A stretch of 64,000 nucleotides of DNA from Bacteroidales bacterium (GTDB lineage Bacteria > Bacteroidota > Bacteroidia > Bacteroidales > UBA5342): NCBI GenBank assembly GCA_965662645.1, contig CBFIII010000001.1, positions 175,750 through 239,749 of the forward strand. The letters run 5' to 3'. A program made the position numbers and the translations under genes. The notes under the pieces are model-generated. The model searched no databases, was not told the DNA's origin, and saw only the letters and a program-made list of their open reading frames with translations. This document shows positions 8,703 to 19,557 of this stretch, one piece after another (the stretch's first letter is position 1; every line of letters starts with the position of its first letter).

Positions 8703-10073
8703 TTATCTTTTGGTTTTATTTTGTTTACTGTATGATTCTTTCGAAAATTTTGGCATATCTCGTTTTTTACCCCAGACGTAAGGCCCTACTATTTGTGCTC
8801 CCCAGTTTTTTAAATCGCCTCCAACAAAATCCATGATCTTTCTAGATTTTAGAGCATCTTTTGCTAATCGGTAAGCTTGTGTCTCAAAGGTATCGGTCAT
8901 CTTTCCTTCAACAGCATCACGGCGATTGATTAAGAGTAGTTCGTGTAAGGGTATTTTTACGGGGCATACTTCCGTGCATCGTCCACAGGTAGAGCAGGCA
9001 AAACTAAGGTGGTTATAGTCTTGCATTCCTTTAAAATGTGGTGTGATGACTGACCCTATTGGTCCGCTATATACCGCGTCGTAAGTATAACCTCCCACAT
9101 TACGGTAGATGGGGCAGGCATTAAGGCAAGCGCCACATCTTATGCAAGATAAGGCTTCATATTGGTCTTTTGTGTTGTAGAGATTTGTTCTGCCATTATC
9201 CATTAAGATAAGATACATTTCTTGTGGCCCATCTGTTTCATTTTCTTTCTTAGGACCACAAAAGACGCTATTATAAGCGGTGATTTGTTGCCCTGTTCCA
9301 TGTTGTGATAAAAGAGTCCATACGGTGGCCATATCACTAAATGATGGAACTAATTTTTCGATGCCTGTAATGGCGATATGTGTTTTGGGGAAAGCGGTAG
9401 TCATGAGTCCATTCCCTTCATTCTCGGTAAGTGCTATGCCTCCAATGTCTGCAATTAAAAAATTACCTCCTGTGATTCCAATGTCTGTTTTTTGAAAGTT
9501 GACACGTAGTTTTTCGCGTACGAAAGCAGTCATCTCTTCGGGTGTAGAATCTAAAGGAAGATCAAATTTATCATTGAACAGTTCCGCAACATCTCCTTTG
9601 GATTTATGCATAGCGGGGGTGAGGATGTGATAAGGTTTTTCACCTGCCGTTTGTACAATAAACTCACCGAGATCTGTTTCTATTATTTCGGCACCCATGG
9701 CTTCAATAGCATCATTGAGATCTATCTCTTCCGTAACCATTGATTTGCTTTTCATCAATAGCTTGGCTTCTTTTTCTTTGAGGATATTGGAGAAATGTTG
9801 TAAGGCTTCTTTCGCATCTTTTGCCCAAAGTATTTTTATGCCATTTTTTGTTGCTTTTTTTTCAAATTCTAGGATATAATCATCCCAGCGACTGAGTATT
9901 TTACGCTTGAGTGAGGCGACATAATCTTTCGCTCCATCCATATTATCATAGCGTGTTTTTCCTTTGGCAACTGCCTTATTATAACGGGTGATGTTGAACA
10001 GTAATGTTTGGCGATGCCGTAGATCAAAAGCTTTTTTTTCTGATGCTTTTATAAATTCTTTTTTCTTGTTCAT
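8703..10073 (-). CDS. lutB: LutB/YkgF-type iron-sulfur protein (LUD domain + 2x CxxCxxCxxxCP)
   Basis: Two ferredoxin-type motifs, CIRCGACLNACPIY and CSTCGRCTEVCPVKI, follow a LUD/DUF162-like domain. I chose the second ATG (10073), which abuts the upstream stop without overlap. Confidence 0.65.
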   Translation of the reverse strand: MNKKKEFIKASEKKAFDLRHRQTLLFNITRYNKAVAKGKTRYDNMDGAKDYVASLKRKILSRWDDYILEFEKKATKNGIKILWAKDAKEALQHFSNILKEKEAKLLMKSKSMVTEEIDLNDAIEAMGAEIIETDLGEFIVQTAGEKPYHILTPAMHKSKGDVAELFNDKFDLPLDSTPEEMTAFVREKLRVNFQKTDIGITGGNFLIADIGGIALTENEGNGLMTTAFPKTHIAITGIEKLVPSFSDMATVWTLLSQHGTGQQITAYNSVFCGPKKENETDGPQEMYLILMDNGRTNLYNTKDQYEALSCIRCGACLNACPIYRNVGGYTYDAVYSGPIGSVITPHFKGMQDYNHLSFACSTCGRCTEVCPVKIPLHELLLINRRDAVEGKMTDTFETQAYRLAKDALKSRKIMDFVGGDLKNWGAQIVGPYVWGKKRDMPKFSKESYSKQNKTKR

Positions 10074-12670
10074 CGCTCTTCTATTGTTAATTGCCAAGGT
10101 TGTTTTGCTATGGTCTTAAACGTGTTATTTGTTGTTTCATTATTAATACGAATAAGATAAAAACCCGTATTAAAAGAGGCTCTACTTATGGTTAATGGTA
10201 AAGATGCTATGGTGTTGTGATAAATGCACTGTCCTATACTATTATAAACAGAGAGATTTGATCCTTCCACTTTTGAACCTTTAATGATACATAATGATGG
10301 ACTATTTATTATTTCAAAATCGGCACTTGAAGTAAGAGATTCTAAGGTAGTTAAGGAAGTGCTTAGGGTGATGTCTATTTCTCCAGTAGTACCTCCTGCT
10401 GAGCCATCCATTTGAATCCAATAGGTTTTCCCAGGCGTAAGGTCGCTGACTTCTTCTATCTTTGCGGAATAGTCCGCGTTGTAATCATCATTAGCTGCTA
10501 TTATGTTGTAATTAGCAGTATTACCACTCATAATATCTTCCCACGATCCTGTAGCTATAGCATCATATAATGCTATTTGGTTATCAAAGCCTATGGTATT
10601 AATCATAGCTTTTCCTGAGTTTGGTGCTGTGAATTTAAACCAAATAGAATTCTGTAGCCCCCCCTCTTGACACCACATAGACTGTGAGTTACAATCGTCT
10701 AATGGTGGATGGGGTTCTCCTGATTCTATGGTGGCATATTGGTTACTGATGCTTTTTTTTGTCACATTAAATTCAAGTTGTAATGCTTCGGAAATGTTGT
10801 CATAAGGGACTTGAATCATTTTTATGAGTATCGAGTCCGTATTTGTACAGTTCCCCATTGTGGCTTCTAACGAAACCCATAATTCATCTTCATTAGGCGA
10901 AAAAGTTATCGTTTTTCCATTGATATCATTAAGGTAGTTTTTTGCATTCCATTTGTAAGTGTCACCTCCACAGCCAATTAGAGTGATGGGACTTCCTTTA
11001 GAGTAATAATCTGATGATTTAGTAATCAGAATTTTTGGGTATATTTCACTAACCACTTTTACAGCATTAGTTTGAGTAAAAGTAGAGGGTATTCCATCTT
11101 TATAAGCTTTTATAGTTATTGATGGTGTTCCAGCTTCGCTAAATGAATAAGTAATATTTTCATTTTTATTGGTAGTTACGAAATGTTTATCTTCAATGAT
11201 CCAAATAAAAGAGTCGGCTTCTCCTATGCTGTTGTTGTAGAAGGTAACCTCTTGATCAATACAGACTTCTTCTCTTCCAGAAGTGAAATAAGCTTGCAGT
11301 CCATTAATGTATTTTGCGTAGATTTTCACCGCTAAATCAAAATCATAGTAAGTGTTTTTTCCGCCCTCTTCCCAAGTAGTTCCATCGTCACTTACCCACA
11401 TCACGTTTTCTTCTATTTCAGGATAAGCATAGTCTTCAACTACGGTTTCAGCTGGGATAGGGTAATTGCTAGGAGTGGTATATTTAACAATGAGATAAAA
11501 ATCACCCGCTTCGGCTATAGCCGGGAATTCGATTTTTTTATATCCAGCATAATAACAAGTGATACCCTTTTTTAAGGCTATGGTGTCTGAGAATAAAGTG
11601 CCATCAAAGCTTCGGCATAAAGTAATGTCTATGGTGGTTCCTTCTTCTAATATGGCTGCACCAACATAAGTAAGGAATACATCTTTATTACTGTGATATT
11701 TTACAGCGGCATAGGCATAATTTTGATTTGTGTTTTCAGTCCTGAAATTGGTGATAGCCCCTAGTTCTGCATAATCAAATAAGGTGTCAATTTCATTCGT
11801 TGGTGTCTTGCCGTAATAGAGTTCACTTTCTTTTCCAATGTATTTGTCTTCGTACGAAGCGTAGAAATAGCCACTATCTTGAGCATTTTCTCCCCAACTG
11901 TTACGAACAATCCAGGCTCCTTTTTCGTTGGGGGATCCTGAGCTTCCGCCAGTGACTACTTTATCGTCATCCCAACCCACGATAGCTACACCATGGTTTA
12001 TGTTTTTTGTGCCATTATAATAAAAAGTATAATCAAAAGTATTATAATATTTTGAAGAGAAATCTGCCTGCATACTTGTGGCTAATGCACCGTAATCATA
12101 GATCATTTGTTTTATTAAACGCCTATCGTTACCCAACCATAATACTTCATCGGCATAAGCAGGAATATCGGTGTTTTTATTGATTGCTGGGCAAAGTCGA
12201 TCTTCTATGTTTTCGTAGGGGTCACTACTTTCGTATAGGGGGCCGGCTAAGCGGGTTAGATAGGCTGTTGATACATATTGATTACCACCACTATCAATGT
12301 CAAAAATATAACCATGGCATTTGGCCATATTTGCTTCTGAGAGGTCTATGGTGCTATTCTCTTCATTTTTTTTCCAATTACTCTCTATGGAAGCTATCGC
12401 AGCAAAGGTCCAGCATGTGCCCCATGGATTTTGATTCCTTATTGCCGAAATGTAGTTGTTCCCGTCATCATCACGTAAGTCATAACTGGTAGGTAATACT
12501 CTGGCGTCTTTTGATTTAATTAATTGATGTTCTACTTTATAAGGCGGATAGACATAGCCTGTCTTTTTTTTCTGACTGATAAAGTCGGGGTTGAGAGGTG
12601 CTTGGAAAGGGCTTTGGCTATATGAATAAAACGTTGTTATTAAGAACGCTAATAGTAGTGTGTTTTTCAT
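10070..12670 (-). CDS. secreted papain-family (C1) cysteine peptidase with PKD-like and pre-peptidase-C-like domains and a T9SS C-terminal sorting domain
   Basis: Signal peptide. Catalytic Cys context NQNPWGTCWTFA, His context NHGVAIVGWDD, and the RNSWG motif. Mid-protein PKD-like segment. C-terminal ~75 aa with the T9SS CTD pattern (SVYNSIGQ...GFYLIRI). Confidence 0.8.
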   Translation of the reverse strand: MKNTLLLAFLITTFYSYSQSPFQAPLNPDFISQKKKTGYVYPPYKVEHQLIKSKDARVLPTSYDLRDDDGNNYISAIRNQNPWGTCWTFAAIASIESNWKKNEENSTIDLSEANMAKCHGYIFDIDSGGNQYVSTAYLTRLAGPLYESSDPYENIEDRLCPAINKNTDIPAYADEVLWLGNDRRLIKQMIYDYGALATSMQADFSSKYYNTFDYTFYYNGTKNINHGVAIVGWDDDKVVTGGSSGSPNEKGAWIVRNSWGENAQDSGYFYASYEDKYIGKESELYYGKTPTNEIDTLFDYAELGAITNFRTENTNQNYAYAAVKYHSNKDVFLTYVGAAILEEGTTIDITLCRSFDGTLFSDTIALKKGITCYYAGYKKIEFPAIAEAGDFYLIVKYTTPSNYPIPAETVVEDYAYPEIEENVMWVSDDGTTWEEGGKNTYYDFDLAVKIYAKYINGLQAYFTSGREEVCIDQEVTFYNNSIGEADSFIWIIEDKHFVTTNKNENITYSFSEAGTPSITIKAYKDGIPSTFTQTNAVKVVSEIYPKILITKSSDYYSKGSPITLIGCGGDTYKWNAKNYLNDINGKTITFSPNEDELWVSLEATMGNCTNTDSILIKMIQVPYDNISEALQLEFNVTKKSISNQYATIESGEPHPPLDDCNSQSMWCQEGGLQNSIWFKFTAPNSGKAMINTIGFDNQIALYDAIATGSWEDIMSGNTANYNIIAANDDYNADYSAKIEEVSDLTPGKTYWIQMDGSAGGTTGEIDITLSTSLTTLESLTSSADFEIINSPSLCIIKGSKVEGSNLSVYNSIGQCIYHNTIASLPLTISRASFNTGFYLIRINNETTNNTFKTIAKQPWQLTIEER

Positions 12671-12727
12671 AGTTCTGTTTTCTTAAATGAAAAAGGTGTA
12701 ACGAAAGCCACCAACAAAACTACAAAG

Positions 12728-13753
12728 TTACATAAAACGATTAAGATTCGTAGAGATAGAAAAGAAGTTTGTGCGTCCTGCTAAATGATAACGAGCGGAA
12801 CTATACGAAATATTAAATTTCGAGACTTTCATACCTACACCCCATGAAAATCCTGTGAGTCCTGGGTTGTCCTCGATTGTCATCTCAGCACGTCGCTGTA
12901 CATTATAACCTGTCATGATATAAAAGTTTTCTGAAGGTAAAAATTCTAATCCGAATGTTAAGTGTCTTCCAAAGAGGTTAATGTTGCTTGGCGATTCCAT
13001 TTCATTATCTGTACTAGAGCTTTCGGTTTCATAACCAATGTCGAACTGTTGTAAATGACGGTACGTTACTGATAGGCGAAATGGGGCATGCTCTAGACGT
13101 TGTGATAGGCCTATGGCCATTTCAAAAGGGAGATCTTCTCTGTTATCCTTGGTGTAGCTTATGACTTGGATTCCAGCATTTTTAATAACGAACCCCGCTG
13201 TGAATAATCCATCTTTACTTTTGTAATGAGTGCCTAAGTCAAAGGCTAATCCAAGCGATTGATAGGTTTCCATAACCGAATAGATGGGTTTGAAGGTAAT
13301 GCCTGCACGCCATCGCTCATTTAACTGATGGCTCCACATAAGATTTAGAGCCATTTCTTTTACTGTAAATGATCCAATGGTATTACCATAAATATCTGTT
13401 TCATCCCAATCTCCATAATCAACAAAAAAGGCGCCAACAGCAAACATACCATATTTTTCAAAATCTTTAGCATAGGCTGTGTAGCCGTAATTCAAATCTA
13501 AAAGATAGTTACAGTAGTTGAGGGTGAGCGTTTTATCTAGCGTATCAGTCAGTAGTGCAGGATTATGATAGCTTAATGATAAATCTTGATCTTCAAGTGA
13601 GATATTAAATCCTCCTAATCCTGCTGTTCGTGCAGAATTGGGTAATTGCAAAAATTCAAAAGTATTATCTCCTTTTTGTGCAGAAGCATTAAAAGTAATA
13701 ATCAAAAATAATACTCTGATAATGATATGTCTGTGGTGTGTTTGTTTTATCAT
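12728..13753 (-). CDS. porQ: type IX secretion system outer-membrane beta-barrel protein, PorQ-like
   Basis: 341 aa with a signal peptide. N-terminal FEFLQLPNSARTAGLGG and NPALL motifs, plus an alternating beta-strand pattern, as remembered for the PorQ/PorP-SprF superfamily. Confidence 0.6.
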   Translation of the reverse strand: MIKQTHHRHIIIRVLFLIITFNASAQKGDNTFEFLQLPNSARTAGLGGFNISLEDQDLSLSYHNPALLTDTLDKTLTLNYCNYLLDLNYGYTAYAKDFEKYGMFAVGAFFVDYGDWDETDIYGNTIGSFTVKEMALNLMWSHQLNERWRAGITFKPIYSVMETYQSLGLAFDLGTHYKSKDGLFTAGFVIKNAGIQVISYTKDNREDLPFEMAIGLSQRLEHAPFRLSVTYRHLQQFDIGYETESSSTDNEMESPSNINLFGRHLTFGLEFLPSENFYIMTGYNVQRRAEMTIEDNPGLTGFSWGVGMKVSKFNISYSSARYHLAGRTNFFSISTNLNRFM

Positions 13754-13832
13754 ATGCTTAACTAAACGTAATTTAGCTTACTTTATTATTAAACTTTTAG
13801 AGATATGTCTTCAAGAATTGATTAAATAGAAT

Positions 13833-13840
13833 TATTTTTG
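13833..13840 (+). promoter_or_regulatory. candidate -7 box (TATTTTTG) for nusB
   Basis: Lies 34 nt upstream of the ATG at 13875. Confidence 0.35.
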
Positions 13841-13874
13841 TGGCTAAATTAATGAAAATAGTTCTTTAAAAAAC

Positions 13875-14819
13875 ATGATAAACCGAAGATTATTGAGAAT
13901 AAAGGTGATGCAGATCCTTTATTCATACTATAAATCAGAGAATAACACCCTTCAAAGTGCTTCTAAGGAATTGCAGCATAGTATTGATAAGTCCTATGAA
14001 CAATATCTTCTGTTTTTGCAGATCCCCATGGAGGTGACGCATTATGCTGAAAGAGTTGTTGAGAAAAAGAAAAATAAACACTTGCCATCTCCTGAGGATT
14101 TAGAACCCAATAGACGTTTTGTTGATAATCAATTTGTGGCGCAGCTCAATGAGTCAGATATGATGATTAATAAGTTGTCTCAGATACCTGTATCATGGGC
14201 TCAACATGAAGAGTTTATTCCTAAGTTTTACCGTATGATTACTGAGTCCGAAATATATGCTGAATATATGGCGGCTGAGGAAACGAGTTTTGATGCTGAT
14301 AAAGCAATATGGGCGCGTATCTTTAAATTATTAATTGCTCGTAGTGAGGAGTTGGGTGATTTATTAGAAGATATGAGCATTTATTGGAATGATGATGCTG
14401 AGCTTGTTTTGGGTATGGTGCAAAAAACGATCAAGTCTTTTGATAAGGAGAAAGGAAGCGATCAACTAATTATGCGTCTTTATAAAGATAGTGAAGATGC
14501 TGAATTTGGTGCTCGTTTGTTGAATCGTAGTGTGATGGATGAGAAAGATTTTAATGACCGTATTGTTGAGAAAACACAACATTGGGAAGCCGATCGTATT
14601 GCTTTTATTGATAAGCTTTTGATGCAAATTGCTCTGGCTGAGGTTGTCAATTTTCCTTCTATTCCTGTGAAAGTATCTATTAATGAGTATCTTGACATTG
14701 CGAAAAGCTATAGTACTACAAAGAGTGCTCTTTTTATTAATGGCGTATTGGATTCTATTATAAAGGATTTGAAAAAAGAAGGTAAGTTCCATAAATCGGG
14801 TCGTGGTCTTTTAGAATAA
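13875..14819 (+). CDS. nusB: transcription antitermination factor NusB (long Bacteroidota form)
   Basis: N-terminal RRLLRIKVMQxLY and a C-terminal NusB fold pattern (DRIAxIDKxLMxIAxxE, AKxYST...FINGVLD). Confidence 0.8.
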   Translation: MINRRLLRIKVMQILYSYYKSENNTLQSASKELQHSIDKSYEQYLLFLQIPMEVTHYAERVVEKKKNKHLPSPEDLEPNRRFVDNQFVAQLNESDMMINKLSQIPVSWAQHEEFIPKFYRMITESEIYAEYMAAEETSFDADKAIWARIFKLLIARSEELGDLLEDMSIYWNDDAELVLGMVQKTIKSFDKEKGSDQLIMRLYKDSEDAEFGARLLNRSVMDEKDFNDRIVEKTQHWEADRIAFIDKLLMQIALAEVVNFPSIPVKVSINEYLDIAKSYSTTKSALFINGVLDSIIKDLKKEGKFHKSGRGLLE

Positions 14820-14921
14820 GCTTTTTGGAATAGAGATTTTAGAATTATTAATTTATATTACTGTTACTCATAAAAAGAGAAGGTCTTTTTTTATAGTTAA
14901 TGGAAATGATAATAGCCGAAA

Positions 14922-16445
14922 ATGAGAAAAGTTAGAGTGCGATTTGCTCCGAGTCCTACGGGACCATTACATATAGGTGGTGTACGCACTGCTTTGTTTA
15001 ATTATCTTTTTGCTAAAAGACATGGCGGTGATTTCCTCCTTCGTATTGAGGATACGGATCAGACTCGTTATGTGCCAGGAGCGGAAGATTATATCGTTAA
15101 TTCTTTGAAGTGGTGTGGCATTACGCCTGATGAGGGTTTTTCTGTTGGGGGTGATTTTGGTCCTTATGTTCAGAGTCAACGTGCTGATATCTATCGTGAT
15201 TATGCGATGAAGTTAGTGGAGAATGGTGCGGCATATTATGCGTATGATACTCCTGAAGAGATGGATGTCCTTCGCAAAGCGTATGAGGAAGAAAAGAAAC
15301 CTTTTGTTTATAATAATGAAACGCACAAGACTTTAAAGAATTCTCTTGCGTTATCTTCAGAAGAATCGGATGCTATTATGGCATCGGGACAGCCTTTTGT
15401 GGTACGTTTCAAGATGCCAGAGAATGAGATTGTGTCTATTAATGATGCTATTCGAGGAGAGGTGAAGTTTAATACCAATGATTTGGATGATAAAGTATTA
15501 TTCAAGTCGGATGGTTTGCCTACTTATCATCTGGCTAATGTAGTAGATGATTATATGATGCAAATATCTCATGTGATAAGAGGCGAGGAGTGGTTACCTT
15601 CTTTGCCATTGCATGCTTTGCTTTATAGAGCTTTTGGATGGGAAAAAGAAGCGCCTATTTTTGCTCATTTGCCATTGATTCTTAAACCTGTAGGAAAAGG
15701 AAAATTAAGTAAACGTGATGGTGATAAGTTGGGATTTCCTGTATTTCCTTTAGAATGGAAAGATCCTAAGAGTGGTGAGATTTCTACGGGTTATAGAGAA
15801 CAAGGTTATTTGCCTGCAGCCTTTATTAATATGTTGGCTTTCTTGGGATGGAATCCTGGTACTGAACAAGAAATTTTCACTTTAGAAGGTTTAGCGCAAG
15901 TTTTCTCTTTAGAAAAAGTAGGAAAGTCAGGTTCTAAATTTGATCCCGAGAAGACAAAATGGTACAATCATCAATATCTATCAGCTACAGATGATGCTAC
16001 GTTGGCAGCAATGTATATGCCTTTGTTGAAGCACGAAGGTGTAGAGGCAGATCTTGCTTTTGTGACTCAGGTGGTCGCCTTGGTTAAGGAGCGTGCTACT
16101 TTTGTGTCTGATTTCTGGGAGCAGAGTTCTTTTTTCTTTGTTGCGCCTAGCGAATATGATGCTAAAGTGGTGAAAAAACGCTGGAAAAATGAAGTGCCAC
16201 AGCATATGGTGCAATTGACAGAACTACTGAAAAGCATAGAGGATTTTTCATCTTCTAATACTGAAGAGGTAGTAAAAGCTTGGATTGCTGAAAATGAATT
16301 AGGAATGGGAGCTATTATGAATGCTTTCCGTTTAGCTATTGTAGGTGCCGGAAAAGGTCCTCATTTATTCGATATTATTGCTCTGATTGGCAAAGAGGAG
16401 ACTATTGCAAGAATGGAAAAAGCGATGACAGATTTACCGTCATAG
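14922..16445 (+). CDS. gltX: glutamate--tRNA ligase
   Basis: [22 protein letters not shown] (HIGH region) and a KLSKR (KMSKS-type) motif; 507 aa. Confidence 0.95.
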   Translation: MRKVRVRFAPSPTGPLHIGGVRTALFNYLFAKRHGGDFLLRIEDTDQTRYVPGAEDYIVNSLKWCGITPDEGFSVGGDFGPYVQSQRADIYRDYAMKLVENGAAYYAYDTPEEMDVLRKAYEEEKKPFVYNNETHKTLKNSLALSSEESDAIMASGQPFVVRFKMPENEIVSINDAIRGEVKFNTNDLDDKVLFKSDGLPTYHLANVVDDYMMQISHVIRGEEWLPSLPLHALLYRAFGWEKEAPIFAHLPLILKPVGKGKLSKRDGDKLGFPVFPLEWKDPKSGEISTGYREQGYLPAAFINMLAFLGWNPGTEQEIFTLEGLAQVFSLEKVGKSGSKFDPEKTKWYNHQYLSATDDATLAAMYMPLLKHEGVEADLAFVTQVVALVKERATFVSDFWEQSSFFFVAPSEYDAKVVKKRWKNEVPQHMVQLTELLKSIEDFSSSNTEEVVKAWIAENELGMGAIMNAFRLAIVGAGKGPHLFDIIALIGKEETIARMEKAMTDLPS

Positions 16446-16475
16446 TTTTTGTAAAATAAAAAATGCTTAAAAAAT

Positions 16476-16508
16476 GAGTTAACCGTATTTTGGTTGACTC
16501 TTTTTTTT
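16476..16508 (+). terminator. rho-independent terminator after gltX
   Basis: GAGTTAACC-loop-GGTTGACTC (9-bp stem with one G-T pair) followed by T8. Confidence 0.7.
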
Positions 16509-16641
16509 GTGCCATAATTCTAGTAATTATGTTTCTTTTATTGTTTAGAATGGTTGATAATGAACGTTATGTTTGTTTTCCTGTATGTTTGTATTGTTAT
16601 AATGACTAAGGTGAATATTTATTATGTAAATTTGCAAGACT

Positions 16642-18123
16642 ATGAGAATAAAGTATAACATCTGTATGTTATTATTTTGTGTTTTAGCCTTACAAGCCCA
16701 AAATAATACCGTTACTGGAGTGGTGATAGATGCTGCTACAGCTGAGGTATTGCCATTTACTAATATTGGTGTGTTGGGCAAAGAGGCGGGAACGGTAAGT
16801 AATAGCGAAGGTCTTTTTACCATCAGTCTTGATGGCTTGAGTACTAATGACTCTTTGTCTTTTAGTTACGTGGGGTATTTCCCTCTGAAGTTGCCTTTTT
16901 CTGTGTTAACTGATGGTATGCAGGTTAAGTTGCAAGAAAAAGCCATTGAGTTGGGTGGTTTTTCTGTCTTGTCGCGAGAGTATTCGCCTCTCGAAATTTT
17001 AGATTCTGTTAAGAAATATTATAATAAGAATCATGCCATGGGCTTGCAGAAACAACGCTTGTTTATGCGAGATGCTTCTTATACTACCATACATCGAGGA
17101 AATCTTGATTATAAAAAATCAAGTTTTAAGGCTATTAATAAGAATTTTATAGCTGACTTTAATGAAAATATACCTGAGAATCTTAATGTATATAGCGACT
17201 ATTTGGTCGATATGTATTATGCTAATCACTCTCAAAAACTTCAGCCTGTTGAGGGGCAATCTTTAATTGAAAACTGGAATTTTAGTGATGAGTTTAATAA
17301 GGGTGTAAAATCTTTGGCTTCTGATATAGAATCTGATGTGCGTGATGAAGACAGTTATTTAAAGTTGCGTTCGGGTATTTTTGCTGGAAAATTAGATTTT
17401 GGAACCGATACGACCTTCATTCTTTCTGATGATTCTTTGCATTATGTGATGAGTACGGATATGTTACGGGGTGATATTAATTATCTCGTTAGGCAATATT
17501 CAACGATTCAGTCTAAACGTTGGGATTTTTTTAGTGAATATAAATGGTATAATTATACCTTGCGTGATATTGCTATTATTAACGAGGAACTGGCTTATAT
17601 TATAGATTTTAAGCCAGATAGACGTAAAGGAAAATACGAAGGAACGATCTGTGTGAGTGCTGCGACCTATGCTCTTTTGCAGGTGGAATATGCGTTTGAG
17701 AAAGACAAAGATGGTAAAGGGGTGAGTCTTTTGGGAGTGGATTATTTGGTTGCCGATCGTAGTGGTCGTGTTATATTCGAGAAAGGCGCTCATAATTATC
17801 ACCTAAAATATTTATCTCGCGTTAGTTACGAGCGTTTTGCTATGAATCGTACACTTACATTAAAACAAAAACAAGAGAATGGTTGGTTTGATAAGACGTT
17901 GCAGGAGGTAAAGATGGATATTGATCTTTCTGTTACTTTTGAACAAAAGAAAGAATTACTTACTATTTCTAATGAATCCATTACTCAGAAACAGTTTGAT
18001 GCTTTGGAGCCTTCTGAAGTCATCTACATTAATAAGGTGGATAAATATTCTCCTGAGTTATGGAAAAACAGTTCTATCTTGGAGCCTACAAAAGCTTTAA
18101 AAGAATACCAAAAACAATTTTAA
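16642..18123 (+). CDS. hypothetical secreted protein with an N-terminal carboxypeptidase-regulatory-like (CarboxypepD_reg) domain
   Basis: Signal peptide, then VTGVVIDAxTxEVLPFxNI...GTVSNxxGxFxI, typical of the CarboxypepD_reg fold. The remaining ~400 aa are unassigned. Confidence 0.5.
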   Translation: MRIKYNICMLLFCVLALQAQNNTVTGVVIDAATAEVLPFTNIGVLGKEAGTVSNSEGLFTISLDGLSTNDSLSFSYVGYFPLKLPFSVLTDGMQVKLQEKAIELGGFSVLSREYSPLEILDSVKKYYNKNHAMGLQKQRLFMRDASYTTIHRGNLDYKKSSFKAINKNFIADFNENIPENLNVYSDYLVDMYYANHSQKLQPVEGQSLIENWNFSDEFNKGVKSLASDIESDVRDEDSYLKLRSGIFAGKLDFGTDTTFILSDDSLHYVMSTDMLRGDINYLVRQYSTIQSKRWDFFSEYKWYNYTLRDIAIINEELAYIIDFKPDRRKGKYEGTICVSAATYALLQVEYAFEKDKDGKGVSLLGVDYLVADRSGRVIFEKGAHNYHLKYLSRVSYERFAMNRTLTLKQKQENGWFDKTLQEVKMDIDLSVTFEQKKELLTISNESITQKQFDALEPSEVIYINKVDKYSPELWKNSSILEPTKALKEYQKQF

Positions 18124-18127
18124 CCTT

Positions 18128-18580
18128 ATGAGAGTCGTTATTCAGCGTGTAAGTGAAGCTTCTGTAACTGTTGATGGAGTGGTGAAGAGTGCAATAGGTC
18201 AGGGTTTGTTGGTGTTGTTGGGTATCGAAGATGCCGATGAGGATGGCGATATAGAGTGGCTGTGTCATAAAGTGGTGGGCTTACGGATCTTTGATGACGA
18301 AAATCATGTGATGAATCGCTCGGTATTAGATGTAGAAGGTGGTATTATTGTGGTGAGTCAATTTACCTTATTTGCTGCCACAAAAAAAGGAAATAGACCG
18401 TCTTACATACGTGCATCCAAAGCTGATTTTGCTATTCCTATGTATGAGAAATTTTGCACTACTTTAGAGTCTAAATTAGGAAAACCAATTGGGACAGGAC
18501 AATTTGGTGCTGATATGGAAGTGCGTTTGCTTAATGATGGTCCTGTTACTATTTCTATTGATTCGAAAAATAAAGAATAA
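18128..18580 (+). CDS. dtd: D-aminoacyl-tRNA deacylase
   Basis: MRVVIQRV...VSQFTLxA..KKGNRPS...NDGPVT, the classic Dtd signature; 150 aa. Confidence 0.95.
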   Translation: MRVVIQRVSEASVTVDGVVKSAIGQGLLVLLGIEDADEDGDIEWLCHKVVGLRIFDDENHVMNRSVLDVEGGIIVVSQFTLFAATKKGNRPSYIRASKADFAIPMYEKFCTTLESKLGKPIGTGQFGADMEVRLLNDGPVTISIDSKNKE

Positions 18581-18793
18581 AAAATCACGGTTGATGTAAC
18601 ATTTGAATTCTTAATACGTATTAGTATTATATAGCAAATGTTATGACGGTCGCAGAAGTGGTTTTGGTTTTAGTTTTGGCGATAAAATTCGTGGTTGGAT
18701 TGTAATTATTTTGTTCAGATTTACCGTTTGCCACTTGTTGCGACCGTTTATAGATCTTATTTATCAATAATGGTGAGTTAGGTTTTATTGTCA

Positions 18794-18801
18794 TAACTTT
18801 G
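18794..18801 (+). promoter_or_regulatory. candidate -7 box (TAACTTTG) for the ABC efflux operon
   Basis: Lies 60 nt upstream of the ATG at 18862. Confidence 0.3.
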
Positions 18802-18861
18802 TTTCTTGCATTAAAATAAAGTCTTCGTTTTATAATTTATCCTTCCGTATTATAAAATTCT

Positions 18862-19539
18862 ATGATATCACTTCAAGGCATTCATAAATCTTACCAAACA
18901 GGCAGTAATAGTCTTCATGTGCTTAAAGGCATCGATTTAGAAATTAAAAAAGGCGAGTTTGTATCTATCATGGGATCTTCTGGTTCTGGTAAGTCAACCT
19001 TATTGAATATTTTAGGTATTCTTGATGATTATGATGAAGGACGTTATGAGTTGAATGAAACGCTTATTCAGAATATGAGTGAGAAGAAAGCTGCCAAATA
19101 TAGAAATGATACTCTCGGTTTCGTCTTTCAGTCTTTTAATCTGATTTCTTTTAAAACAGCTATGGAAAATGTAGCTTTACCTCTTTATTATCAGGGAGTA
19201 AAACGTAAAAAAAGAAATGCTTTAGCTATGGAGTATTTGGACAAATTTGGGCTGAAAGATCATGCTGAACATTTGCCTAATCAGCTTTCTGGTGGACAAA
19301 AGCAACGTGTAGCTATTGCTCGGGCTTTAATTTCTAACCCTAAAGTGATTCTTGCTGATGAACCTACAGGGGCTTTAGATACCACTTCTTCCTACGAAGT
19401 GATGGAGATTCTCAAAAAGATAAATCAGGATGGTATTACTATTATTGTGGTGACTCATGAGCACGATATTGCTGCGATGACTCATAAGGTCATTAAATTG
19501 AAGGATGGAGTAATCGAAGAAATAGTCATTAATTCATAG
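18862..19539 (+). CDS. ABC transporter ATP-binding protein (MacB/LolD-type)
   Basis: Walker [10 protein letters not shown], signature LSGGQKQR, Walker [12 protein letters not shown]. It is the first gene of a five-gene efflux operon. Confidence 0.9.
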   Translation: MISLQGIHKSYQTGSNSLHVLKGIDLEIKKGEFVSIMGSSGSGKSTLLNILGILDDYDEGRYELNETLIQNMSEKKAAKYRNDTLGFVFQSFNLISFKTAMENVALPLYYQGVKRKKRNALAMEYLDKFGLKDHAEHLPNQLSGGQKQRVAIARALISNPKVILADEPTGALDTTSSYEVMEILKKINQDGITIIVVTHEHDIAAMTHKVIKLKDGVIEEIVINS

Positions 19540-19557
19540 TGTTTTTTTAATGAAATT

